DNA of 64,000 bases from Leucoraja ocellata (taxonomy: Eukaryota), in assembly GCA_036785375.1 (NCBI GenBank), contig JAWMAR010000050.1:5208001-5272000 (forward strand), in the 5' to 3' direction. Every line of letters starts with the position of its first letter. Within the stretch, counting starts at the first letter, position 1. Both the position numbers and the translations under genes were made by a program. The notes beneath the pieces were generated by a model, which made no database searches, had not been told where the DNA came from, and saw only the letters and a program-made list of their open reading frames with translations. Below, piece by piece: positions 48,300 through 61,714 of the stretch.

Positions 48300-50650
48300 C
48301 TACAGTAGCCATTGGCTCAATATGGGCTGGTGCTGGGGCTGGGGCAGGGTTGCATCAGATTATATAGCACAAAGATCCCATGCTTGGATCAAGCAATTGG
48401 TTGGGTCTTGATGTGGGGACAAAATTCAAGAAATAGCTTTCCAAAGAATGTCTTTCCACTTGATAACGAAAGATAGAGAGCGCTTTTGCAGATAGTTCCA
48501 TGGAGTAGTGCTGAAATGTTGCATACAGCAGTTCCAGGATATAAATGAACATCAGGCTTTATCTCAAGAGAAATCAAATCTAAAGATACAAATTAACACT
48601 TAACAGCCTCTCTAGATTGCCAACGCTAAAAGCAGAAAATGTCCGCAAAATTCTGTTGCTGGCAATTTAAGACTCTTGGAAGTCATTGAAAATAAGTTTT
48701 GGCTCTCTTATTAATGATAAAGAAAAACTAAAGTGGACATAATGGTCATTTTGCCTTAAGTGTAGATAATCAAGTATTTGAGAGACCAAATGATGAGCCA
48801 AAGAGGACTCTGATAATGTTGAAATCATCCAATGGTGTTTTTGCCCATCTTCATCAAAAATCTGTAGATAGGGTGGTCAGTGCACAAAGTAAAGGAGCAA
48901 TCATAACGTTTTTCCTCGCTCAGTTGATTGCCACCTACAGGACACCACGACAGATAAATTTGAATATAACTGCAAGAACGTTCTGATTTTTTTAAACTCC
49001 AATCCTGGATTGGCTCAGCTGTTCTTTCAAGATATATCAAGTGTTAACTGTACAATTACCATTCTTAATGCTGTGCAACTCTAATAAGTAGGTGGTCCAC
49101 TAGTGATTTCCATCTTCACCAAATTAAAAACAAAGTATTCATGTTCAGTTGCTTGAATCAGAAAATCTATTAGACCCAGCTACATGCCATGTAGCCTGCC
49201 ACAAGCAGTTTCCATCTCCGAATAAACTGCTCACTGCGCTGGCACTCCATCCAAACACAGGAACAAAATTGAAAGTTAGAATGCGCAGCCGCTCTTCCAT
49301 TTCTACTTTAGTCCAGGTGCTCAATTAATACCTATTTTTAAATCGCCACAGAAAGCCATTGTGAGGTAATGAGAAGTTATAAATGTTCCACTAGATTGGG
49401 TGGGTTGAAATCCAGAGGAATCGGATTATCATTCGATAATAAACAGGTTAGGGATACGGATAGGTTTCTTGCATATATTCCTTTCAGTGCAGAGAATTCT
49501 GCTTTGATATGGAGCCAGAAGATTTGCTGGTAGAAGAGAGCCCAGAATGTGAAAACTTCCAAGAGCACTGGTGCAATTTCTATTATTTAATGAAGGATGG
49601 TGGAAGACGACAAAATGAGCAAATATCATAATTTCTCTTGCTGGGATGAAGTAAACCAATCATGCCATTATTGGCAGGAAAATAATTCCATACACAGTTA
49701 AAGTTCTTCTCATCTGTTCAGTTATCTCATTCGTTTCAAATATAGAGCTTGCCAATTTTAAATGGCAAAATGCCTCGATTGCAGGCCGAAAGTGTAATAA
49801 TGATTCCAGGATTTATAAATCCCATAAATGCTTCTTTTCAAAAGCAAGAGTGATTTCTGTATCTATCTGTGATGGTAGTTCATGAATTACTATATGTCAG
49901 CAATGGATTACAGCGTGCTTTCTGAATGATGGTGAGTATAATAATGATCACAAGCTTTCTTTTGTAGCTACATCCAGTTAAAGATATCAATAAGTTTGAA
50001 CATCTGTCATTGTGAAAAAAAGAGGTAAAAGGAGCAGATATTTTACCTTCATTGTTTTAAAATAAAATGACATACCGTCAGACAAAATATTTCTGGATTG
50101 CTAAGTGTTTTTATTATCTTCGTTGCTCTATGAAAGGATAATACCACCTAATGACTTTCCATTTGCTATTATTAATGATTATTCCCCAGTTTCACTGGTT
50201 AATTCAGAAAACGCAATTTTTTGGCACCACTCCACGAGACGAGCACAGCAAGGAATTGTAACTTCATCCTTCAAATGAAGGTGCAGAGATCTTGTCTACT
50301 GAAAACTTGGCAGTTCAATGTAAACGGAAATCAATGTGAACCAATCGTTTCAGTTTTCTATTTGTGCAGGTTTGTCTTTGGACATATTGGCTCCAGTCTT
50401 TAAAATTGGCTCCAATAAACTTACCTGAATGTTTCAAGAGCATGAATTTCCAGAAAGATTTCAATTGTTTATCAGTGGAACGTTTTCATTGTCCATGTAC
50501 ATTCATGAGAGTATGCACCAGCACAAGACAAAAACCCAAATTGGAATAAGCCAGCGCAATGCTAAACCAACTTCAAGTTAACAGTGGAAAATTACGCTTC
50601 CAGCTTTCTAATAAGAGTGGGGATCGCAAGTAGTTGCTTTTTGGCACCTC
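48300..50650 (-). pseudogene. Highly eroded hAT (ZNF862-like) transposase fossil
   Basis: Collinear remnants on the minus strand: LLESWKRNFPLL (~50600), VYFIPARE..FAHF (~49640), ARNLSV (~49470), CLDG/ASAV (~49250), C...RL...LGLID (~49190), frameshifted TRW (~49100). Weak and read by eye. Confidence 0.4.
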
Positions 50651-51551
50651 TCAAAGAACAGCTGAGCTCACTTTAACACAAGGTTAGAAAATGGGTCAAA
50701 AATAGGTGCATCGGATTTTATTTTTCCTTTAGTGCACTGAAAAGTGTTATTTTTCCATTGTATTCCTGCTTTTCTCAGAAGATGAGATCTGGGATGTAAT
50801 CAATATGAATGACAGAGTTTTGGTAGTTATCTGCATTTTGGATGAATGACGATGCTGTGATCCGATTCATCCTACTACCAAATGCAAGAGTTCACAATGT
50901 GATCAAGAGGAAAGCACTGGATGCACATATTTGTTTGCTGACAATAGAAAGGATCTACAGCTGATATAGAACCTTAAATTCAGCAAAACAAAATGCAGAT
51001 ACTGAATATTCTTTCAAAGGTAAGACATTTTAGCATCAGGGCAGTAAAAAGTGTTGATTGAGAAGACTTCTAATGCGATGCAACAAACAAAACAATAGGG
51101 GTCAATGGCAGGAGAAAAAAAAATAAAGATGTTTAACTGGAGGTGCCCTTGTAGAGTGCAATTATCACACAGCTACATTAAAATATGAAGGGACAGATGT
51201 CCCAGTAAATTTCCCAGTTGGATAGGCCACCTAGGTATACATATGTGGAGTAGAATCAATGAAGATAATACAAAACAATTGAGTTTGATTTTTCCATTAA
51301 GTTTGAAAATCCTTTTATTGATATGATTCAAGTAATTTTTTTCCAAAATTGCACAAAAATTTGTGGGTGGTTTAGTCTACCCACCCATTAATTCAATAGA
51401 ATTAAATTGAGGGAACAAGAATATAAATCAAATGTTTATTAGATTAAAATCCCTCAAGTAATAACAAAACGTTAAAATAATTTTGTTTCCATTATAAATT
51501 ACACTGTTTATACACAGGATGACAATGATGTTCAGAATTCTTCTTCATTAC

Positions 51552-51741
51552 CTGGATGCTAGTTTGTTCTTCTCTTTTCTGGATCTTGGCCTGGCAGTTA
51601 ATGGCAGTTCACTTACAGGTGTCAGATCACTAATCACCTTGTTTAATTTTCTAAGTTCATTTCCAATCTGTAGTAACTTTCTTGGATTTGGAGTCAAATC
51701 TTCAACATCTGTTCTGCGTGATTTCTTCACTAAATATTTTC
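51552..51741 (-). CDS. CREBRF: CREBRF exon (190 bp), start of bZIP basic region
   Basis: aaatag|GAAAATAT ... GCATCCAG|gtaatg. Encodes (G)[62 protein letters not shown](R). Confidence 0.97.
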
Positions 51742-52169
51742 CTATTTTAGCACGAACACAGATCATTAGTTCATGCTGTCGACCAAAACATTATGAAATT
51801 AAACAATTATGAATAATTTAATATATGGCAATTCCACTGTAGCACTCTGCAGTGGAATACAGTTCCATTACTTTTTATTTACATACACACGTTTATAAAA
51901 CACGTAATAACAATTCACAAGTAAAATTGGTACATTTGTCAAAACAACCAAGATTCCCGACCCTCAGTGTGACCTATACTGTGGACTAATGAGTGAGACA
52001 AATGCTGAACCATAGGGATTTCTGAAGAATCAAACACTGGATGATCAGAATTTTACTGTTGATAGGTTCAGCAAATAGACAAGAAATTTGCAAATGGAAT
52101 ATCATGTGGGAAAGTCCAAGGGTACCACTTTGGAAGGAAGAATATCAAACTAAATTAGTAAATAGTGAC

Positions 52170-53910
52170 ACTCCAAACTTCTCCCCCCTTCCTTCCCTGT
52201 GCCCCACCTGGACTTGCACTTTTGCTCCCCTCCCACTAAATTCCTTCTTCACAATTTGAAACTCTTCAATCCTTTTGTCTCACACCCTTTGTCTTATCAT
52301 CTCTGGTCTTTGTCTAACCATCCAGTTATCACCTGTGGCAACCTATTACCTGCGAGACTATAGGACTGCAGGCTTTTCTCCTGTCCACAACATTCCCCCT
52401 TCTCTTGGACTCCCCTGCTGGCCTTTATCTTCTCTGGTCTTTTTTATTTTTAACTGCTGGCGCACCATCAATTATCTTGACTTTTCTACTCCCCTCAGAA
52501 ACTCTAACCTCACACAATCTTACGCACAGCACTTTGTTTACTTAGAACAATTCCAACATTATTATTAAAGCTGCCGGCAAGAGAGGTGCTGTTGTCGCAT
52601 GACATGCTGACCTCTATCATGCTGAGGCAAGGCGCCAGCTCTTGGACACCTCCTCATACCCTTTGACCATGACACCACAGACAAACAAAAGGCCATCATC
52701 CCTCAAACTGTTTCTGATCTCATCACCTCTGGCAATCTCTTCCTCACAGCCTCCAACCTTATCGTCCCCAGCCCCACACTACCCACTTCTATCTCCTCTC
52801 TAAAATCTACAAACAGGACTGCTGCGGCAGACCCATCATCTCTGCCTGCTCCTGCAACTGAACTCATCTCCACATACCTCAATTCCATCCTATCCCTCCC
52901 ATGTCCAGTCCCTTTTCCACCTACATCTGAGATACCTTGTACGTCCAACTTGTTAATGATTCGCTTTCAAATTCTAGGCCCCCATCGCCTCATCTTCATC
53001 CCCCAACAGGAATGTGATCACTGGAGTCCACCCTCCGCCACCTCCAGTTTAAATTCCATTTGGAATATTTTGGAGGACCAAGAGCCAAGAACATGATCCT
53101 ACCAATAGTCACATCTTTCCATCTTCTGTAGAGACCGTTCCCCCACAACTCTTTGGTTCACTCATCGCTTCCCACCCAAACCACCCCCTCCACAGGTATT
53201 TTCTCCTGCTACCGCAGGGGATGTAACACCGGTGGTCCCTATACCCCTCCGAAGCCTCCATCCAGGAACCCCAGAAGTCCTTCCAGGTAAGACAGAGGTT
53301 CACATGTACTTCCTCTAATCTTATCTATTGCATCCGCTGTTAACAATGTGGCCTCCGGTATATAGGCGAGACCAAATGTAAGCTCACCGTCCATTTCGCT
53401 GAACACTCGTGCGCTGTCTGCTAAGACCTACTGGATCTCCCAGTTGCTAACCATTTCAACTCCCCTTCCCATTATTTTTAGGTAAACTTTTACACCACCT
53501 CTTTCAGCTCTCCCTTCCCTTACCTGTGCTCCACCTGGACTCACATATATTTCACCCGTTCACACACCCACCCTCCTACGTATCCTGCCAATTTCCTCCC
53601 TCAGGCTTTACAATCCGCAACTCTTGAAACCTCCCTTCCTTTCTTATGTTTGGCCTTTGTTCCAACCAGTTGCCTATCAAAACCCCTCTCCCTTGCCCAT
53701 GTCGATTTATTACCTGTCTACCTACAACGCAGGTTCTATCTCTCCCCTTTTCCAGCTTTCTTCTCTAACCCCTATAATCAGTCTGCAGAAGGGTCTCACA
53801 CTGAAACGTCACTTATCCATGTTCTCCAGAGATACTACCTGACGAGCTGAGTTACTCCAGCATTTTATGTCCTTTTGTGTATTAACCAGCATCTGCAGTT
53901 CTTTGTTTGT
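52170..53910 (+). mobile_element. Degraded Penelope-like element
   Basis: RT-start remnants near 52570-52900 that mirror 62700-63040, GIY-YIG remnants (FQVRQRFTCTSSNLIYC, YIGETK) at 53275-53470, and a terminal repeat at about 53775-53905. Confidence 0.8.
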
Positions 53911-55000
53911 ACCTACAAGGCCTTGTTCTGCCCCTCCTTTCATTCAGCTTTCTCCCCCCCCACTCCCCAGAATCTGTTGGTATTAGGATCCCGATCCAAA
54001 TTGTCACCTTTCCACGTTCTCCAGAGAAGCTGCCATACCCACTGAGTTTCTCAAGCACATTGTTTTTTTTTGCATGGAAGGTTCACTAGGTTGATGCATT
54101 AAGAAATATTCAAATCCAGAAGAATGAGGGCTAATCCTCTAATATTCTGAGGGTGAATGCTGAGCGGGTATTTCCCACAAAGGAGGGATCCAGAACTGCA
54201 GCACAGTTTCAGTATCAGGGCTTACCATTAAAACAAAGATGAGGATGAATTTATTCTCTCAAAAAGACCCTGAGTCTTTACAATTCCCTACCCCAGAAAA
54301 CTATGGAGATACAGAAATATTCAAGGGAATATATTTGAATTATAATGTAGTCAAAAGGTATGGGGAACGTAGTATAAGAGGAATCAGGGAACAGGTGCTG
54401 AGGCCAAGACTGCATCAGCCATGATCATATTGAATTGCAGAGGAAACTTGATAAGTTGACTGAGAAAAGAGAGCATGTGGGAAAGAGAGGCTGAATCCAG
54501 GAGAAGGAGCATCCAGGAGAAGGAGAACCAAATGGAGGCTCATTGTTTTGGTTTATAGTGCAAAAAAGAGTGATAGTGTTTGGTTGAGCTGTGGCAAGAT
54601 GACAGGAGAAGGGAGTTTAGGGAAGAGAAAGCGATGATTGAGTGATTTGGGGAGCGAAATAAAGAGCGAAGGGTGGAGAACAGGGGAATCCTGGAGGGGG
54701 GGGGGGGGGTTAGGAGGATGTGGGCAGTTTCAAAATACATTGAATGGACTGAATTTAAATTCTCCAGATGTCTAAGAACGATTTGAGTTTGTGTTGATCA
54801 ATAGTCTCATTCTCTAATTGGTTGCCCAGTAACTACAAACGCCCTATTAATCTGCCCCCCTCCATTTGTAATAAATGAAATGAAGCCAGACAGAATCAAT
54901 ATTTTTAAGAAAATTGATAGTTCAGACATTGGGTTTCAGGAGTACATTTCTCCAAGAAGCATGATTTCCCCTTTACAACACTTTTAACCATTCTGCTTAC

Positions 55001-55198
55001 CATGCTGTAATCCATTTTTCTGATACATATTACTGGGCAACGTATCTCTATCCCATTCAGAAGGCTTTAACATTCGATCTTGTTTAGGTGGTGGAATCAG
55101 TTGTTCACTGTATTCCCAGAAATATCTTCTTTTGCTTCTTTTTCTGGAAACGCCAGTTAATGAGTCTTTCATATCATCTGCTGTGTCATTTTCATAGC
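55001..55198 (-). CDS. CREBRF: CREBRF exon (198 bp)
   Basis: ctgcag|GCTATGAA ... CAGCATG|gtaagc. Encodes (G)YENDTADDMKDSLTGVSRKRSKRRYFWEYSEQ...PSEWDRDTLPSNMYQKNGLQH; phase matches both neighbours. Confidence 0.97.
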
Positions 55199-58185
55199 CT
55201 GCAGAAAATAATCAAACTTGACACTGAAATCATTTAAAAAAATCACAAGACATTCATACCAATGCATTGCAATCAAGTAAAATCTATTGATCAATTGATA
55301 GACATTGGGCAAATGAATTTTAAAAGAGGTTCATGTGAAATGGTGATTTTAGCTGAAAGATAATGGATAGGAAATAAATAGTACAATGTTAAAGATGATG
55401 GAGGAAGTGGAGATATGGGGGCGTGTAAGCAATCAAATATATATATCGGCGAGACCAAGCTGGGCGATCGTTTTGGTGAACTCCTTCGTTCTGTCCGCCT
55501 TGACCTACGTGATCTCGGTGGACTCCCTCCCCTCACCAGCTACACCTTCTTCCTGTCGACCAACACTTTGTCCGCTCCCCTTTGCAAGATGGCATATGTC
55601 GACAACGGGAGAAGGAGGAGGCGGCGGTGGAAGGGGGCAAAGGGGTCGGGTGGAGAAGGAAAAGAAAGTGGCGGTGGAGAGAACGAGTGGACAGGAAGAG
55701 GAGGAGTAGCAATGGTGGAGGGGGATCGAGGAGACAATGTGGACAAAGCGACGGGCCGACAAAAGAAAAGCGACAGCTGGTGAGAGGGGAGGGAGCCCCA
55801 CAGTGTCAAAGCGCACCCATGTCATTGGCAGTGGCCTAAAGAAAGCACTATCCTCAGGGGCTACAATATGAGCCGCAACAACAGTCGAAGAGCTCGCTGG
55901 TGCACCTTGCAAGCCAGAAATGGTGTTGGAAGCCAGGGCTGGGTAAAAGGTGCGAGCTGGGATGGTGTCAGTCCGTTATACCAAAATCCGTTATAAAGGC
56001 TTTGGTAAAATGTGGGTTTACTTTAAGTAGGGAAGAAATTGAATTATAGGATCACTCATGAGGATTGGAGGTGTTTTGCAAAGTGGTCAGCCTATTGACA
56101 TCTGAATTTTCCAAGGTAGAGGTGACCACATCGTGAACACCAAATACATTAAATTAGAATGCAAGAGCATTGCTGTTTCAAATAACAAAATTATTAGAGT
56201 CGCGGTGGTGGGAAGAGGTGAAAGGACATATCTATCTACCAAGGCCTCATGGGAAATTCCCAAGAATTGTCAGTGCAGATGGAAGAATGAACAAGGAATT
56301 TGTAAAGAAAGTGGCCCTTTCAACTTTGAAAGGAGAGGTGAAGAGAATGTTTGAACAGTGGGGAATCTGTTGAAGATGATAGAAATTACTCACAGTGATA
56401 TGTTGAATGCGGGGTGGAAGGTGAGGTATGAATGAATGAATGATACTTTGTCACATGTGACAAGTCAGTGATATTCTTTGTTTTGCACACCCAAGGTATG
56501 CAAAGCCATATAAGAGCCACATAAAGCGCCAAGATAAAGTTACAAAGTATCCAACGCCAGGTCCTCCTGCGACAGGCATAGCTTGGGGTCCATCCTAGTT
56601 CCCATTGCCATACCTTTGACTTGGATAAAGTGAATGTAGTTGAAGGAAAATTGTTTAACACAAATAAGTGTTCAGCATGCCAAGTGAGTAAGTGGTGGAG
56701 GGAGCCTTGTAGAACTAAGATCACACTGGTATGGGATAGAGGTGCACAGGGATTAGGTGTCCATGTAAAGATGAGCCAGTTGTGACCAGAAAACCAAACA
56801 CTATCAAAGAGATGGAAAGCATCAGTGATGTTACAATAAATGGGAAGGGATTAAAACAAAGGGAATGAGAATTTAAATTCTGTGGGGCAAGAGCTGGCTG
56901 GATCAATACTGGGCAGTGCACTCCAGAGGGCTGTGAAGAATTCAAAATAGAGACTGACAGATTTCTGGAAATGGGCGGAATCAACAGATAGACAAAGAGG
57001 ACAAGAAGGTAGAACACAGAACAGTTCAGCACAGGAACAGGCCTTTCAGTCCATGATATCTGTGTCAAACATGGTGTCAAATTAAATGAATCCTTTTGCC
57101 TGTGCATGCTCCATAACCCTTCATTCCCTGCATATTCATGTGCCTATCTAAAAGCAACAACCATTGCATCTGGATATGAACACAAAATGCCGGAGTAACT
57201 CAGTGGGACAGGCAGCATCTCTGGATGGAAGGAATGGGTGACGTTTCGGGTCGAGACTCTTCTTCAGACTAACAGATGGACATGAGAGAGAGACATGGAG
57301 ATATGGGTAAGGTGTGAAAACGGCAGATCAAGGGGGACAATGCTCAAGGAAAATGGAGATTTTTCTCTGCATTGTACCTACTTCCATCATCACAGCAGGC
57401 ATCGCATTCCAGGCACCAACTGCTCTCTGTGTAAAAATAAACTTGCCATGCACTTCTTTAAAGTTCTCTCTCTGAACTTAATGCTATACCCTCCAGTATT
57501 TGGCATTTCCACCGTTGGAAAATATTTCTGACTACCTACCCTATCTAAGCCTCATAATTTTATAAACTTTCATTGTTTCCTCTCAGCACCCAATGCTCCA
57601 GAGACAAATAGGACAAGAAGGTAGTCCAAGTTTGTCCAACCTCTCCTTATAGCTGATATCCTCTAATCCAAGCAGCATCCTGGTAAACATATTCTGCTCT
57701 CTATCCAAAATCTTCTCATCCTTCCTGCAATTGGGCCCATCCAGAACTAATATTGGGGTACAAAATCAGCCATGTTTTTATTCAATGGTGAACAACTTTT
57801 AAGAGGTTAAGGCTCCTCTTGTTCCTATTTATTTTATTCTTAACTAGCTTCCATATCCTCACCTATATAGAACCACACGGGCTATGAATAAATCTCCTCT
57901 TTTAATCTATAAATAGTTCTGCATTTAATTGTGCACTCCTCCCCATGTTTCATTGTGCATTCAAGCTTGAAATTATTTAAAGTCACTCCCCCCCCCCGTA
58001 CTTGATTGTTATTCAAAATAATAAATAATGCAAGAAAATCATGGAAACAAATGTGAAACTTAAACATACACATAATACTGATTGGGGTAAATATGGTGTA
58101 TGTGTGTAAGTATTGTGTATAAATATCTTTGCTGCACATTCCACATACCAAAGTAGTCTTCCAGTATGAATACAATCTAGTGTAC

Positions 58186-59248
58186 CTGGTTCAGAGAAGG
58201 TGTCGCTGATATCATCATCCTTGTCTTCCTCCTCTTCATCATCTTCATCTTCGTCATTATCACTGTACTCATGCTCACTACCAAATCCTTCATCATGGTC
58301 CTCATCATCATCTTCATCCTCATCGTCATCTTCAGCCTCCTGTTCAATACTAGGGGACTTTTCATTCACACCATCAGAAACAAACAAAGAATAATTATGC
58401 TCTTCCTTTTTCTGCGTGTGATCAGAAACAGGTGGTGATACCATTTGAACTGTTTCAGTTGGAGTATACAAGTCATTACTTTCTTTGAATACTGTGGTTA
58501 CTTTACTTGCGTATAGAGTTTCTGTACTTTTTTTCTCCAGTTTCCTGGCCGTTGCTCCAATATCACTACAACAGGAATTATCTGGCAAGTCCCTATGGAT
58601 AACTTGGGTTGCACCCAAGGTTGATTTACCAGGTGAGATGGGATTAATCCAGACTTTAGCTTTCTTAACAAAGTCTTTGTTATCCACAAGAACAGAACCT
58701 ATTTTGCAGTTTAGAGTCTGTGGTTTGTTGCTGTTGTCCACAGATGCATTTGTAGTTATTGATCTGGCTATCTTTTGTGTTGTCTCAGGCAAGCAGGCAT
58801 CTAAACAGGGACTTCTGGCAGATGATACTGGCGGCATTGCCCTATTTGCAGCAAGTTTTTTACCAGCCAGAGAAGAGGTTAATGAATTCTGATTTAAACT
58901 TTTTAATAAATCGGGATGATATAATGAATCTAAAACAGGTTGTGAATCTTCACAATTTAGCTGTGCCAACGTAGGAGTTCTGCTGATGACCTCTTCATTT
59001 TGGTATGGACTGGAAAAATCATCAAGCCCAAGGAAATCCACTTCCTTGGTTCCCCAAATATCATAGCTAGTTAATTTGGTATATTTTGTTAAGTCTTCCC
59101 AGCATGCGTCCCATTGCTCCCAGTTTGAAGTATAGGAGGGATCCGAATCTAGTAGCTCATTTAAAGGCTCTAAAATATCCATGTCTTTACACTCTTGCAA
59201 AGTAACGGGATCATCTCTAGAGCTGTAAGTGCAAGTCATTTCTCTATC
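58186..59248 (-). CDS. CREBRF: CREBRF large internal exon (1063 bp)
   Basis: ttgcag|GATAGAGAA ... GAACCAG|gtacac. Encodes WEQWDACWEDLTKYTKLT, DIWGTKEVDFLGLDDFSSPY, SRTPTLAQLN, EHNYSLF and the acidic tract to DDDISDTFSEPG, all typical of CREBRF. Confidence 0.97.
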
Positions 59249-60285
59249 CTGCAAGAAATGAAAACATTCTATTAAAAACATTATGTAGATTCAGACACAA
59301 AAATCAAATTTTACCACAAATTGGTTTTATAATTTAATCAAATTAGGGAACTATAATGAAAACTATAACTCATATTTTGACATAAAGGAGCAAACTGACC
59401 CACACTGAAACAAAAATTGAGTATACGAGAAATAATCAGTAGGTCATATGACATCTTTATGAAGAAACAAGGTTAACATTTTAGTTTCACAAAAATGCTG
59501 GAGAAACTCAGCGGGTGTAGCAGCATCTATGGAGCGAAGGAAATAGGTATCGTTTCGGGCCGAAAACCTTCTTCAGACTGAATTTTAGGTTGATGTCTCT
59601 TTCATCGATCTGAGACATTTAGTTTTATGCTACATTAAGGCTGCCTGCCCTACTAAATATTTATGCTTTCATTTCAGATGTCCAGCATGTGCATTTTTTG
59701 TTTGCTTTTCCAAACCAACTACTCTTTTACAAAGATTAGCACTCGGGCCCCAGTTATTCACAGTATGTATCAATGGTTTGGCTGTGGGGTGCCAAATGTC
59801 ACAGTTCCAAGTTTCCTGGTAATACAAAACTAGGTGGGATTGAGAGTCATGCACAGGATGTGAAGAGACTTCAGGGGCATATAGACAAACTAAGTGATTT
59901 GGCAGAAACGAGGCAGATGAAATATTAAGTGGAAAACATTTGAAGCCATCCACTTTGGAACACAAAACAGAATAACAGGATATTTTTTTTAAAAGATTGG
60001 GAAAGATTAATGTTCAAAGGAATCTGGATGACCTAGAACGCAAGTCACTGAAAGCAAGCAATGCAAGTGCAACCATCAATCTGAAAGGCAACTAGTAAGT
60101 TGACTAGTTACCCTTGTTACAACAGACCAAGGGGAGGGGGAGGGGGGGTAATGGTGTCTGTTATTGCGATTGTTCGCTATAACGCGTAGGGATTTGCTCC
60201 AACTACCTCCGTGAAGCTACGTGTTTTTTCAAATACAAATTTCTAACTAAAAATGTATTTTTGTTACTGCAAGGTATTTGTTACA

Positions 60286-61614
60286 TCTATCTATATTACT
60301 AAAAGTCTGATCTTGACCACTTCCTGTTGTTCTGTATATTGATTTTAGAAAAAACGCTGCCCCTTACAGCTGTGATTTTTGGCCATCCTACTCAGGGTCC
60401 CTCGCGCAGGACAAGAGGATTTTTCCCATCGATGAAAAATAAGAGTTATTAGTGTTTAAAAAAGGTTGAGATTCTCTCTCCTGAAGGCCACGCCCCTTCT
60501 GGAGAGACTATAAAATCCGGAAGTGTGGAGGTGCCTCAGTTCTCTGCAAGATGGGGGAGCGAGAGGTCACAATTCTCAGTCCGAGCTGTGAATAACACTG
60601 AACACATGTCTACTAAACTGCGAGTGGTTTTCCTGACCTGTCAGTCCCCTTAATGTGGTTTGAAACTGCAAAAGCGTGTTTTGGTTTGAAAGTGCTAAAG
60701 CTGTGTTACCTTTGGTTTCGAAAGTGCTAAAGCAAGGTGCGTTGCCTTTGGTTTTGAAAGTGATAAATCAAGCTGCCTTGCCTTTGGTTTTGAAAGTGCT
60801 AAAGCAAGCTGCCTTGCCTTTGGTTTTCAAAATGTTAAAGCAAGCTGCCTTTGGTTTTGAAAATGCTAAAGCAAGCTGCCTTGTCTTTGGTTTGAAAGTG
60901 TTAAAGCAAGCTGCCTTGCCCAATTAGAGCTGCCATGCTTTCTATATAATTAAAAGTCTGATCTTGACCATTTCCTGGTTGCGTTTTACATTGATTTTAG
61001 TAAAAACGCTACCATTTACGGCTGTGATTTTTGGCCATCTTACTCAGAGTCCCCCTCTGCTCATCAGGTGCTGAGGATTTTTCCCATCGATGAAACATAA
61101 AAGAGTTATTAGTGTTTAAAAAATGTTGAGATTCTCTCTCCTATCAATCACACCATGAAGGCCATGCCCCTTCTGGTGGGAGGGGAGGGAGGGACTATAA
61201 AACCCGGAAGTGTGGGCGTGGCTCAGTCTCTGCAAGATGGGGGAGGGAGAGGTCACGACTCGCTGTCTTTAGTGGCCTTGCACCCTGCATGAAATGTAAT
61301 GAAACTACACTTGAATTTGGTGCCCTAGCACCCTGCTTGAAATGGAATTTCAAGGAATAGCCGTGAGTCAACTGCGAGCCCACCAGCCGTGAGTAAGCTG
61401 CCAGCACAACAGGGTTGAGTGACTGAGCTGCCAGCCCAGGAATCCATTCAGCCCACAATGTCCATACTAGCCTTCTGAAAACACCCATTCTAGTGCTCCA
61501 GAAAGCTCCCCCCACTGGCCACCAATATTGGAATTGGTGGAGAAGTGGAATATTGCGTTGGGGGACCAGCCCTCCCGTGTGATGCTGGGACCCAACGGGT
61601 CCCACTTAGTCGAG
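60286..61614 (+). mobile_element. Non-autonomous Helitron with duplicated 5' segment
   Basis: Inserted between A and T; starts TC; subterminal hairpin GGGACCC-AAC-GGGTCCC (61587-61603); ends CGAG (variant of CTAG). The 5' ~280 bp is repeated from about 60940. Confidence 0.75.
60655..60922 (+). repeat. ~39-bp minisatellite inside the Helitron
   Basis: Unit ttggttttgaaagtgctaaagcaagctgccttgcct, about 7 imperfect copies; accounts for the LKVLKQAALPLV pseudo-ORF. Confidence 0.85.
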
Positions 61615-61714
61615 TTGTTTAATAGAGTTTATCATAACACAAATGTTGATCGAAGCAATTGCTTGACAATTTCAATGTCCTCCTGCGGTGTAACTAGCAT
61701 TCTGGGGGGGGGGG

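Noticed and set aside
49190-49230. GDGNCLW OTU-protease-like motif on the minus strand
   Set aside because: No further OTU motifs follow, and overlapping frames fit hAT DGA and CxxH remnants better. Chance is likely but not excluded.
58013-59281. 422-aa ORF as a standalone gene
   Set aside because: It is the CREBRF exon 58186-59248 with intronic read-through at both ends.
60655-60922. CRISPR-like or amphipathic-peptide repeat
   Set aside because: Direct tandem minisatellite without unique spacers, inside a eukaryotic Helitron.
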